NCBI RefSeq assembly: GCF_019449565.1
Contig: NZ_JAGRPM010000019.1
Coordinates: forward strand, 12,838-76,837
Source: Rhodoblastus sp.
GTDB taxonomy: Bacteria > Pseudomonadota > Alphaproteobacteria > Rhizobiales > Beijerinckiaceae
Direction: 5' to 3'
DNA: 64,000 nt
The notes under the pieces are model-generated. The model was not told the origin of the DNA and ran no database searches. It worked only from the letters and a program-made list of their open reading frames with translations. How positions within the stretch are numbered: position 1 is the first letter of the stretch; each line of letters begins with the position of its first letter. Shown here in pieces: positions 19,729 through 29,071 of the stretch. The position numbers and the translations under genes were made by a program.

Positions 19729-21411
19729 ATGGGCTTCAGGATTTTACAGGGACTTTTGCCGCTGAAGCCGCGCGAGGCTTTGAAAGACGCGCTCGCCGGT
19801 CTCACCTTGGCGTCGATGAACGTGCCTCAGGTGCTCGGTTATACGCGCATCGCGGGGACGCCGGTCGTCACCGGCCTCTATACCGTCCTGCTGCCGCTGG
19901 TCGGCTTCGCCTTGTTCGGCTCGTCGCGGCATCTGGTGGTGGCGGCAGATTCGGCGACCGCCGCGATCTTTTCCAGCTCGCTGTCGCGCGTGGCGCCTGT
20001 CGCCAGCGAAAAATACATGGCGCTGGTCGGCATGTTGACCCTGCTGACCGCCGCGCTGCTGTTGCTGGCGCGCATCTTCAAGCTGGGTTTCCTGGCGGAT
20101 TTTCTTTCGCGCACGGCGCTGGTCGGGTTTTTAACCGGGGTCGGCGTGCAGGTCGGCGTCGCCATGCTGCCCGACATGCTTGGCGTTGGCGCGGATTCGC
20201 ATCGCACGCTCGGCCAGCTCTGGGAAGTCCTGCGGGGCTTGCCCAATCTTCATGCGTTCGATTTGGCGCTTTCGGCGGTCGTCGTCGCCGCCATCCTGTT
20301 CGGGCGGCGGTTCGCCCCGCATTTCCCGATGTCTATGGTTCTCGTGGTCGGGATGATCGCGGCAAGCGCCTTCTTCGATTTCGCAGGGCGCGGCATCGCC
20401 GTTATCGGCCCCGTTCCGGGCGGTCTGCCGTCGCTGCGCTGGCCCGACGTGAGCTGGTCGGAGACGCTCCTGCTATTGCCGGTCGCAGCATCCTGCTTCG
20501 TGATGATCATCGCCCAGAGCGCCGCGACCTCGCGCGTCTACGCCTTGCGCCACAATGAGCGCGTCGATGAGAACGCCGACATTCTCGGCCTCGCGGCGGC
20601 CAATGCCGGGGCGGCGCTCACGGGCGCCTTTGTTGTCAATGGCAGCCCGACGCAGACCGCAATGGCCGACAACGCCGGCGCCCGCAGCCAGTTCGCGCAG
20701 CTTGTTTTCGCGGGCCTGGTGGTGGTCGTTCTGATCGCTTTGACGGGGCCGCTGCAATATTTGCCGCATTGTGTGCTCGCGGGCGTGGTTTTCACCATCG
20801 CGGTGGGAATGGTGGACGTCAAAGGGCTGATGGCGATCCGGCGCGAAAGCGCGAGCGAATTCCGTCTCGCCCTGTTTACCGCCGCCGCGGTTCCCTGCAT
20901 CGGCGTCGAGCCGGGCATTCTGCTCGCTATCGCTCTGTCGCTGGTTGGCCATGTTCGCCATTCCTACCGGCCGCATATCGCCATGCTGGCGCCGAATGGC
21001 GAGGGCCGCTGGGAGCCGAGGGACGCGCAGCCAGGCATTGAGACGGCGCCTGGCCTGATCGTTTTTCGCTTCGGCGCCGATCTGTTCTACGCCAATGCGG
21101 ATCGTTTCGCCGACACGGCGCGCGACCTGATCGCCAAGGCGCCGTCACCGGTGCGCCATTTCGTGATCGACGCAGCCGCCCTGACCGATATCGACTTTTC
21201 CGCCGCGCGGACCTTTCGCGACCTGCTCGGCGAACTCAGGGACAAGCAGATCGAAGTCGTGCTGGGCCGGGTCAGCGCCAATCTGCGCGCCGATCTGGAG
21301 CAGCACGCCCTTGTCGAGGCGCTCGGCGCGGAGAAAATTTTCCCGACGTTGCATAAGGCGCTGGCGGCGGTCGGCGTCGATGGCGCATCGCGCGTCGGTT
21401 CGGCGGCGTAG
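19729..21411 (+). CDS. SulP family anion permease with STAS domain
   Basis: DALAGLTLA, GSSRHL, GSPTQT, FRFGADLFYANA, IDAAALTDID. Confidence 0.93.
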   Translation: MGFRILQGLLPLKPREALKDALAGLTLASMNVPQVLGYTRIAGTPVVTGLYTVLLPLVGFALFGSSRHLVVAADSATAAIFSSSLSRVAPVASEKYMALVGMLTLLTAALLLLARIFKLGFLADFLSRTALVGFLTGVGVQVGVAMLPDMLGVGADSHRTLGQLWEVLRGLPNLHAFDLALSAVVVAAILFGRRFAPHFPMSMVLVVGMIAASAFFDFAGRGIAVIGPVPGGLPSLRWPDVSWSETLLLLPVAASCFVMIIAQSAATSRVYALRHNERVDENADILGLAAANAGAALTGAFVVNGSPTQTAMADNAGARSQFAQLVFAGLVVVVLIALTGPLQYLPHCVLAGVVFTIAVGMVDVKGLMAIRRESASEFRLALFTAAAVPCIGVEPGILLAIALSLVGHVRHSYRPHIAMLAPNGEGRWEPRDAQPGIETAPGLIVFRFGADLFYANADRFADTARDLIAKAPSPVRHFVIDAAALTDIDFSAARTFRDLLGELRDKQIEVVLGRVSANLRADLEQHALVEALGAEKIFPTLHKALAAVGVDGASRVGSAA

Positions 21412-21415
21412 GTCC

Positions 21416-22663
21416 TTAGGTCAGCGCGCCTATGACCGCGCCGCCCATCAGCGACGCCAACGCGCCGGCGACGAGCGCGCGAAAGCCGAGCGCGACGATG
21501 TCGTGCTTCCTCTCAGGCGCCATGGCGCACAGGCCGCCGACCAGAATGCCGACTGAGCCGAAATTGGCGAAGCCGCACAGGGCGTAAAGCAGGATCAGCC
21601 GCGAGCGTGGGCTCAGCGCGCTATCGGGTAGCGCGGCGAGATCGATATAGGCGATGAATTCGTTGAGCGCGATCTTCGTGCCGAGCAGCCGCGCGGCGGT
21701 ATCGACGTCGGGCGCATCGACGCCGATGGCGAAGGCCAGCGGCCGGAACAGCCAGGAGAAAATGCGTTGAAGGCTGAGCGGGGCGCCCCAGAGGTCGGGC
21801 AGGGCGCCGAGCATCGCGTTAAGAAGCGCGACCAGGGCGAGCAGCACGATCAGATGGGCCAGAACATGGGCGAGGATGACCACGCCATCGCTCGTGCCGC
21901 GCGCGAGGGCTTCAAGCGCATTGCGCGGCGGGTCGGCGATGACGATGGCCGCGTCGCGCTCATCGCTCGGTTCAAAGGGAATGAGAATGGCGGCCACCGC
22001 GATGGCCGCGGGCGCCGAGATCAGTGCAGCGGTCAGCACATGGCCGAAGGCCTCCGGAATGGCCGCGCCGAGGATATGGCCATAAATCACCATGACCGAG
22101 CCCGCGATGCCCGCCATGCCGGCGGACATCAGGGCGAAAATCTCGCCGCGCTGCATCCCCACGAGATAGGGCCGGATCAGGATCGGCGATTCGACCATGC
22201 CGACGAAAAAATTCACCGCAGCGCCCGTGCCGAGCGCGCCGCCGACGCCGACCGTGCGGCGCAGCGCGAAGGCCATGCCGCCGACAACCTTCTGCATGAG
22301 TCCCCAATGGAACAGCAGTGCGGAAATCGCGCAAATTACCAGAATCAGCGGAAAGACATGGAAGGCGAAAACCATCGGCGAGCCCTTGCCATTGGGCTCG
22401 AAGGGCAAAGGCGCGCCGCCGAGATAGCCGAAAACGAAACTTGTGCCGGCCTCAGTCGCCTTGTCGAGCGCGCCGACCGCGCTGGCGAGCGTCGCCATGA
22501 AGGCGCTGGCGGGCGGGAATTTCAGCAGCAGCAGGGCCAGCGCCGCCTGCATAGCAACGCCCGCAACGACAACGCGCCAGGGAATGGCGCGGCGGTTCTC
22601 GCTTAGGGCGAAGGCAAGGCCGAGCAGGCAGGAGAGGCCGAAAATTCCGTGCAGGATATTCAT
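21416..22663 (-). CDS. nupC: CNT/NupC family nucleoside transporter
   Basis: LSENRRAI, FVGMVES, LGTKIALNEF, YALCGFANFGS. Confidence 0.9.
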   Translation of the reverse strand: MNILHGIFGLSCLLGLAFALSENRRAIPWRVVVAGVAMQAALALLLLKFPPASAFMATLASAVGALDKATEAGTSFVFGYLGGAPLPFEPNGKGSPMVFAFHVFPLILVICAISALLFHWGLMQKVVGGMAFALRRTVGVGGALGTGAAVNFFVGMVESPILIRPYLVGMQRGEIFALMSAGMAGIAGSVMVIYGHILGAAIPEAFGHVLTAALISAPAAIAVAAILIPFEPSDERDAAIVIADPPRNALEALARGTSDGVVILAHVLAHLIVLLALVALLNAMLGALPDLWGAPLSLQRIFSWLFRPLAFAIGVDAPDVDTAARLLGTKIALNEFIAYIDLAALPDSALSPRSRLILLYALCGFANFGSVGILVGGLCAMAPERKHDIVALGFRALVAGALASLMGGAVIGALT

Positions 22664-22833
22664 TGGGGACCGGAAACAAGGGGCGGGGCTTGCACACCTT
22701 AAGCAATCGGAAGGCCAGAACCAGCGGGAAGGCCCCGATCTCGGAAAGGCGCCCGCGCTGCCAGCGCGAAAATCTTGAGCGCAAATTGTTCTCGCGCATT
22801 GCGGAGCAGACGTCGCAGGGCAACATAAAGCCC

Positions 22834-22955
22834 ATGCGCAAACTCGATCTCGGCAAGGTCTATCAGAAGCTCGAACCCGGGCCTGTCGTTCTGCTGACGA
22901 CGGCGGAGAATGGCCGCGCCAATGTGATGACGATGTCCTGGCACATGATGGTCGA
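22834..22955 (+). pseudogene. Flavin reductase family gene, 5' part (interrupted by the integrated element)
   Basis: MRKLDLGKVYQKLEPGPVVLLTT..NVMTMSWHMMVE; continues in frame at 36406. Confidence 0.85.
22942..22955 (+). repeat. Left attachment site (core TGGTCGA)
   Basis: CACATGATGGTCGA vs CACATATTGGTCGA at 36392-36405; the 7-bp identical core fits a tyrosine-recombinase overlap. Confidence 0.8.
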
Positions 22956-23180
22956 ATACGGATTTATTGGCTGATAAGTCTGTGATAACAATAGGATGGT
23001 GGGGTGGCCGGATAGTGGCGGAACACGGGGGGACGTGGGTAAAGCGAGGCATGAAAAATATTTCTTGGCACTGCCTTGCTCGGGGCCGTGGTGGCCATCG
23101 CCACGGGAAAAAACCGACCATAGTAAGGGCGTGATTTTTGAGTCATCTATCGGCTATCGATCTACGAAAGGATAAAGCTG

Positions 23181-23345
23181 ATGAAGACCCTTCTGCTGTG
23201 CAAGGCCACCATATCCGTGATGGCGCTGACGGTCCTTCTTGGGCTGCCGGAGGAATCGACGCCCGCGCAGGTCGCAACAGCCTTCGCCCAGTGGCTGGAG
23301 GACACCGGCGGTGAGCTGGTAGACGTTCAGCTCAAACGCCCATGA
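23181..23345 (+). CDS. Small hypothetical protein, 54 aa (below the ORF-track cutoff)
   Basis: AAAGGA RBS then MKTLLLCKATISVMALTVLLGLPEESTPAQVATAFAQWLEDTGGELVDVQLKRP. Confidence 0.4.
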   Translation: MKTLLLCKATISVMALTVLLGLPEESTPAQVATAFAQWLEDTGGELVDVQLKRP

Positions 23346-23673
23346 CGGTAATGAATTTTTGCCGGAGCTCTGAATATGGGGTGCGGCTTCCACACGACTG
23401 ACAAACATGACGCGGTCTTACACGCAACGTGCCCCGCTCCGGAATGCTCTCGTGGACCAGAATTATTTCCGGCAAGTCGTAGTCGTAAGCGCCCGAGATT
23501 TTCGCACAAATTAGACACGTCGCCGTCGCGCTGTCGAGGACGGCCCGACAGATGGCAAGATCCACATCATTGCGGTCCCGCCGAGCCATGGCTGTCGGAA
23601 CATCGATTAGCCTAATAGAGGTGGGGCGGGTGCGGTCCTTGGCGGCGGCTGGGGGCTTGGGCTTGGTGGTCAT
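23332..23673 (-). CDS. Hypothetical protein with two CxxC motifs (possible Zn finger)
   Basis: CLIC...CQSC; start overlaps the upstream stop (ATGA). Confidence 0.55.
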   Translation of the reverse strand: MTTKPKPPAAAKDRTRPTSIRLIDVPTAMARRDRNDVDLAICRAVLDSATATCLICAKISGAYDYDLPEIILVHESIPERGTLRVRPRHVCQSCGSRTPYSELRQKFITVMGV

Positions 23674-24188
23674 GCCGTCACCATGGTCAGCCGCCGCTCT
23701 TGGCGAAGGGCTTCAAGGCGACGCGCTACCCGCTCGTCAAAGGCGATCTTGGCCAGTCGCCGGTTTTCGGCGCGCTCGAGCTTCATGCGCTCGGTGTCCT
23801 CTGCCAGTAGCAGCGCCTTGGCCGCGCGCTTTGCCGCCAGCTTGTCCATGCGCCGGGTCAGACGTTCTTCCCTGAGCTGCTGCTCCGCCCGGACTCGGTC
23901 GGCTTCAAGTTGGGCTTCAAGCTGGACCTGACGTTCGGCGTCCATGCGGGCGGCTTCAAGGACGTGCTGCTCCCGCTGGAAGTTGGCATAGGCGATGGCA
24001 TGGGCGGTGACAGACCGCTCGTAAGCGCGCAGGACCATGACACACTCAACCTCCCAATGGTTCGCCGCCACGCCGTCGCCGTTGGCATAGGCTAACGCCC
24101 TTTGCCGTTGGGCGTCGCGCAACTGGATGCGAAGACGGTCCTTGGTGATGAAGGCGTGCAGGAGGTCAAGGCGTGTTTTTTCAAGCAT
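23670..24188 (-). CDS. Hypothetical coiled-coil protein
   Basis: 172 aa, E/R/A/L-rich helical composition, coupled to the next gene. Confidence 0.6.
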   Translation of the reverse strand: MLEKTRLDLLHAFITKDRLRIQLRDAQRQRALAYANGDGVAANHWEVECVMVLRAYERSVTAHAIAYANFQREQHVLEAARMDAERQVQLEAQLEADRVRAEQQLREERLTRRMDKLAAKRAAKALLLAEDTERMKLERAENRRLAKIAFDERVARRLEALRQERRLTMVTA

Positions 24189-24206
24189 GATGTGGTTGTC
24201 CAGGGT

Positions 24207-24557
24207 CTACGGCACGCGCCAAACCGGCGTGGCGCTGTTGGGACTGCGGGCGTCGGTGTGGAAGGGTGGCGTTGGTGGAGTGCCTGCGTCCCAGACCGGC
24301 AACGCGGCGGAATCGTGTGACTGGTCGCTTCCCGCAGCCGTGGCCAAGTCCGCCACGACTCTGACCGGACATGCGCCGCCATCATCCGCTTGCGAATTTG
24401 GCCAAGGGCCACCCCCCGGCTGGGGCACGAAATAGACCGGCTTCGCCGATTGAGCGTCCGTCTGCGAACTGGGCGGCTGACCTGTCCACGTTGGGCGTGG
24501 GACGATGCAAACCGGAATGGCCCCCGCTTCCAAATTCTGTTTGTTGGGATAGCTCAT
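24207..24557 (-). CDS. Protein built of five ~24-aa repeats
   Basis: A-x-P-V at residues 13, 38, 62, 85 and 109; start coupled to the upstream stop. Confidence 0.65.
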   Translation of the reverse strand: MSYPNKQNLEAGAIPVCIVPRPTWTGQPPSSQTDAQSAKPVYFVPQPGGGPWPNSQADDGGACPVRVVADLATAAGSDQSHDSAALPVWDAGTPPTPPFHTDARSPNSATPVWRVP

Positions 24558-24880
24558 CAGCTAAGACCTTTCGGTGTCCGTACCCATTGAGCGTAGGTGG
24601 CGGACAAGGAGCTTTCGCCAGCATCCACGGGGGCATCCATGGCGTCCACGACACCCGCCGTAGGATTGCACCGGGCGGGCGTGGTGGGCGGGGCCGTTGG
24701 CGTGGGCGGGTCCATACCGGGCGGAGGCGGCGGGGCCTGTGTGGCGTCCCCTGCGCTCTGGTCGAAGCTGTATCGGGGCGCCGGTGGCGTAACTGGAGCT
24801 AAGTGACCGAACGCCCTTGCAGCCATGTCCACGATCCGGCGGGCGAGGGGGACGTGACGGCGGGCAAGCTGATGGAGCAT
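24557..24880 (-). CDS. Proline-rich hypothetical protein
   Basis: 107 aa; TGATG-type overlap with the next gene. Confidence 0.45.
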   Translation of the reverse strand: MLHQLARRHVPLARRIVDMAARAFGHLAPVTPPAPRYSFDQSAGDATQAPPPPPGMDPPTPTAPPTTPARCNPTAGVVDAMDAPVDAGESSLSATYAQWVRTPKGLS

Positions 24881-25105
24881 GGCAGGCCTCGTGGAAGGTG
24901 GAGCCGCCCAACGCGGAGACGATGACGTCAGGCGGCCCCGTGCCCGCTCGAATACTCTTGATGCCGCTCAGAGAGTATCGACGTGCGGGAACTCAAATGG
25001 TTGGGGCGGCAACGCATAAGGGACATCGCCGCCCCGGTCCTCACCCCCGGCCAAGGGGCTAGGCTCTGGCCACGTAACCGAGCAGGAGCGTGGCCAGAAT
25101 TCAGT

Positions 25106-25684
25106 TCAGACCCACAGCGACCGCGACCGCTCAACAATCTGAGACGGGGTCAACATGCGGACGTGCTTCGCTGGCAATGTGAAGTCGCGGACGAAACTTT
25201 GGCGCGAGAAGAACTGATTTTCTTTGTGCCCAGAGACGGGATCGACCACGCGCCGCATGACCATCTCACCGTCTGGCACGGCATCGTTTGATACAGCAAA
25301 CCTCGAGACTTCATCGAATAATTGAGCCTCTAGGTTTGTGAAGGCCGCGTTCTTCGGCAGGGCGGCGAAATCCACCCGCTTCAGCTCAGACGAGTTTGGG
25401 AGACGCTGCTGCAACTCGCTCGCAATCCTCGAGCGGTACGAGAATTCATCTTCACCCGGCAATGCCCTTGGCGCTGCTCGATTGAATAAACTGAGCACTT
25501 CGTCGCACCTCGACTGAGCCTGCCTACAGGCGCTGTCCGCCCGTTTTTGGCTTTCCTCCCGCTCAGCAATTTGCCGGCGACGAAGGTTCTCCCGCGCGGT
25601 GGCGTCTTCAGCTTCAATCTTGTCCATGGCTTTATCGATGCTGTTTAGCTTGGACATGACGCGGTCTAGCATTGTGGACATCAT
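25106..25684 (-). CDS. Putative head scaffold-like protein (resembles the C-terminal part of DUF2213-type phage proteins)
   Basis: GGAG RBS; N-terminal coiled coil, then AQSRCDEV...APRALPGEDEFSYRSR...VDFAAL...EAQLF. Similarity is recalled, not searched. Confidence 0.55.
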   Translation of the reverse strand: MMSTMLDRVMSKLNSIDKAMDKIEAEDATARENLRRRQIAEREESQKRADSACRQAQSRCDEVLSLFNRAAPRALPGEDEFSYRSRIASELQQRLPNSSELKRVDFAALPKNAAFTNLEAQLFDEVSRFAVSNDAVPDGEMVMRRVVDPVSGHKENQFFSRQSFVRDFTLPAKHVRMLTPSQIVERSRSLWV

Positions 25685-25883
25685 TGGTCTCCTTTATTTG
25701 ACGACGAGTTCGGGTATGGAGCACCGGCCCCCGGCGGTGTGGACATGGGGACGTTCCCCGGAGTGTCGTCGCCACGGCCATTGCTGGGACTCGACCCCGC
25801 ACCGGGTGAGCGTGGTTTGGTAGCACCCGGCGAGGGCTTGCTGTGAATCGTGCTGCTGCGGCTGCGAACGGTCTTCATGGCAG

Positions 25884-26240
25884 TCAAGCTCCAGCCGCCG
25901 CCCGGTGACGGGGGCGGTCCAAGGTGGGAATGGGGTTGATGGGTAACGCCCGGTCGAAGTCCCGGAGGCTGCTGGCGTACACCTGAGCCTGTTGTGGCAA
26001 CACGGCCGCCGCGTTGTCTGGCATCAGAAAATGGAGCCGAGTCTCGGGTTGGATTTCGTTTTCAATGAGCAAGGCCGTCGCGGCGTCCCGGATCGGGCTT
26101 GGCGTGTCGGTAATGACGACCACACCACACAGGCGACTGACGGCGTACAAACCGCCGGGGAGGGCGGAGACGCGGAGTCGCAGGGGGGAGGGACCAACAG
26201 CCATAGCTCTGCACACGCAAAAAAGAGACTTTGCGGGCAA
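25884..26240 (-). CDS. Hypothetical protein
   Basis: 118-aa ORF co-oriented with the element; no motif recognised. Confidence 0.3.
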   Translation of the reverse strand: MPAKSLFCVCRAMAVGPSPLRLRVSALPGGLYAVSRLCGVVVITDTPSPIRDAATALLIENEIQPETRLHFLMPDNAAAVLPQQAQVYASSLRDFDRALPINPIPTLDRPRHRAAAGA

Positions 26241-26703
26241 GACGGATGTGTAGTTGGTGGATAAGTGAGGTAGATGGTAGTATTGAGGCCCTGCCCGGGA
26301 TAAAAACAGCTTACGGCGTTTTTTGGGGTTTGGGTACTGTTATTGCATATCACTCGGTAATTACTTGTATCGTGGTTTTTACCAGTCCCAGACCAGCACC
26401 TTTTCCCGCGCGGCTGTTCCATGTCCTCGACCAAGTCCATAACTCTGTTTTAGTTATGAGTATATCTTGGAAGTGAGTTCATAACATCTTGGTGCAGGCA
26501 ACCGGTTTGATCAGATGAAGGCGGTCGAGCCCCAACGCCGCGCCGATGAACGCCTTGGCCACGCTATCCATGTGTGGTGGTGCAACCACACATGCGGCCC
26601 ATAACAGTCTAATACGGTTCCAGAGGTGTTATATCATTGATATACCGAGCTTTTTTCTCGACCATGACCATCAGCGGATGCGATGCGGATGAGTTGGCGG
26701 GGG

Positions 26704-27321
26704 TTATTCCGCAGCCTCGCTGGACTGCTGGTTGCCCTCAAACACGCGAACAGCCGACACCAACGCCCCGTGATAGCGTGCCAACCTGAATCCGTTCGTG
26801 ACGTGGTTAAAATGGTCATAGGCCAGCTTGGCCAAGGCGTGATCATCGGCCGTGAGATTCTGGTCGTACTGGGCCTTCCAAAGGGCGGTGCGAACGATGT
26901 TGGTGCTGGCCGTGGGGAACTGCTCGACAATGGCCAACACCAACCGCAGGGCCGTGATCGTTGGTTCTTTGGTCAGCGTGTCCCGGACAAGGTCCATGAT
27001 TTCGGTGTTGAACCTTAAATGGTTGGGGAACTTGCCCCGGTGGACGGGCGGCAACTCGACCATAAGGTCGCCGGTGATCTCGTCAAGGACAACAGGCTTC
27101 CAACCCGAGGAACTCGGCGGCGTTGGCGCGGCCATGGCGGCTTTGGCGAATTTTGCGCGGGTGTCCGGGGTGGCGTTCTTCCAAGCGGTGACGAGCGCCA
27201 CGAGATCGGGGGACGGCTTCACCGGTTCCGCCAATTTGCTGGACATGGACGTGTCCAGCTTGGTGGCCGGTTTGGTGGCCGAAGAAGTCGTGGAGTTTTT
27301 GAGGTCCATGTGCTTGGTCAT
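26704..27321 (-). CDS. Hypothetical protein
   Basis: AAGGAA RBS; 205 aa with a low-complexity N-terminus and a helical C-terminus. Confidence 0.6.
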   Translation of the reverse strand: MTKHMDLKNSTTSSATKPATKLDTSMSSKLAEPVKPSPDLVALVTAWKNATPDTRAKFAKAAMAAPTPPSSSGWKPVVLDEITGDLMVELPPVHRGKFPNHLRFNTEIMDLVRDTLTKEPTITALRLVLAIVEQFPTASTNIVRTALWKAQYDQNLTADDHALAKLAYDHFNHVTNGFRLARYHGALVSAVRVFEGNQQSSEAAE

Positions 27322-27661
27322 TCAGGTATTCCTTTTCCGTGTTGTTAAAGACGTGTTGGGTGTCGGACGTGTAGGGAGCGCCGTGGGCTGGTTTGGGGAG
27401 CCGTTGGGGCGGGGTAGTACCGGACAGGGTGGACATCCCAGCCCACACCCTCCGGTGCTGGCCGGTGCCCCCGCCGGTGCCCCGGCAACTGCCCCGCGGC
27501 GGCGTGGAGTTGGTGGGTTACGGGCTGGGGGGCAGAACTGGCAACATCCTCTACGGGCTGGGGGGATAGAACCACGCCCCTTGCAGCTTCCTCGGTCCTG
27601 GATCACTTCCTCCAAGGATCCACGTGAGTAAATAAAATACGGGCAGGGGGGACAGGGCGGT

Positions 27662-27733
27662 GGAAGGTGGGGAACGTAACACGCCCGTCACCCCCTTTAG
27701 GGGGTGCCAGTGTTGTGTTCCTCCCCATCCTCC
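27662..27733. repeat. Long imperfect inverted repeat downstream of the helicase (candidate replication origin)
   Basis: Core CACCCCCT-TT-AGGGGGTG (27689-27706) with flanking AACAC/GTGTT, GGAAC/GTTCC and GGAAGGTGGGG/CCCCATCCTCC arms. Confidence 0.5.
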
Positions 27734-27803
27734 GTAACCGGCCGCCCCTACAGCCTTGAATGTTGGTATGAGGCCTTTGTTACCGGCCCCATACCGTTTG
27801 ACC

Positions 27804-29057
27804 TCAGAACGGCAGCAGTTCATCCCCGCCCATCCAGACCAGCACCGGCCGGCTGTTGTCGCCCCTCAGCACACCAATCTTACGCTTCTCCTCCGCATCA
27901 GCGAGGCTGCGGCTGAACGCAACCTTGCGTGACTCAGCCGAGATATCCTGCCGCTTCCCGTAGAACGCTGCACGCAGCCGCTCGGCATCGTGCGCCATCA
28001 CTTCCACAGTCCCGACCTTGTGGGGCTGCCCACCTCCCCCCGCCTCGATCTCCTTCATGCACTCGACAACGATGTCCATGTTGAAATTGGTGGACGGCTC
28101 CTTGGTCTTGGTGGCCTTGCTCTTGGGCGAGCGGTCTTCCGCCTCCTCGCCGACATAAGCCCCCTTCCACTCGACAATGGCGGGAGAGCCCTCCGACTCG
28201 GCGGTCAGGTCAAACTTGACAGGCGGCAGGGGATCGCCAGCCCTGAACTTTTCAAACACGACACGCCGGTTGCTGTGAACCATCGTTGCAATATCAATGT
28301 CGGTCCGCACGCTCAGAATGGCATCATAGGCCGCCGTCTTAGCCGATGATCCACGCGCCCCCTTCGTCTGGTCCTTACCCAGATGGTCAACGACCAAAAA
28401 CAAGACTTGGTGCTCATGCGCCAGCCGGGCCAGCATGGCCAGAACCCGGTCCACCTCGCCCGCTTCATTCTCATTGCTGAACATGGCCCCGCGCGTCAGG
28501 GTGTCCACAACGACCATGCGCAGGTCACCGCCACCATGCTCGGCCACCTGTTCCTTATAGCGAACGATCAGAGTTCCCAGCCATTCCTCAGCGTTTTCGT
28601 CCGTTAGCGCAATGCGGGTGCGGGTCGGGCGGCCGAAGGGAACCTTACTCAGGTCTGTTTCCCCGTACTTACGCCGCAAGGTCTCGGCCGCCCGTGGTGC
28701 CACCGATGGCGCACCTTCATAGGCCAACCAAAGAACCGCACCCGGAGCCAGCACCTTACGCCCGGCAAACTCGCCGCCTTTGACTACAGCGAGGGCCGCG
28801 TCATTGACCGCGTAGCTCTTTCCCGCATAGGCCAAGCCCAGAACGGTGGCCACGCCGACCAGCGGCAGCATGCCTTCAACCAATTGAGGCTCGGGTGTCG
28901 GCTCCTCGTCCCCGAGCCACGTAATGCCGTAATCAGCTTCCTCGATCACCGACCGCACTTGGACAGAGGTAGTGCTCCGCCGCCTGCTAAAGGCGTCGTC
29001 CTCCATCAGTTTTTCCGCCCGCTGTTCGTCCCAAAAGTTGTCTGAATGATTATTCAT
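27804..29057 (-). CDS. AAA_25 / RepA-like replicative helicase
   Basis: LVEGMLP, Walker A GLAYAGKS, LAYEG, Walker B MVVVDTL, VVDHLGKD...RGSSA. Confidence 0.88.
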   Translation of the reverse strand: MNNHSDNFWDEQRAEKLMEDDAFSRRRSTTSVQVRSVIEEADYGITWLGDEEPTPEPQLVEGMLPLVGVATVLGLAYAGKSYAVNDAALAVVKGGEFAGRKVLAPGAVLWLAYEGAPSVAPRAAETLRRKYGETDLSKVPFGRPTRTRIALTDENAEEWLGTLIVRYKEQVAEHGGGDLRMVVVDTLTRGAMFSNENEAGEVDRVLAMLARLAHEHQVLFLVVDHLGKDQTKGARGSSAKTAAYDAILSVRTDIDIATMVHSNRRVVFEKFRAGDPLPPVKFDLTAESEGSPAIVEWKGAYVGEEAEDRSPKSKATKTKEPSTNFNMDIVVECMKEIEAGGGGQPHKVGTVEVMAHDAERLRAAFYGKRQDISAESRKVAFSRSLADAEEKRKIGVLRGDNSRPVLVWMGGDELLPF

Positions 29058-29071
29058 TGCTCTGCTCCCAG

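Noticed and set aside
22930-22990. tRNA or tmRNA as integration target
   Set aside because: The att core lies in a protein-coding frame; no tRNA-like sequence flanks either end.
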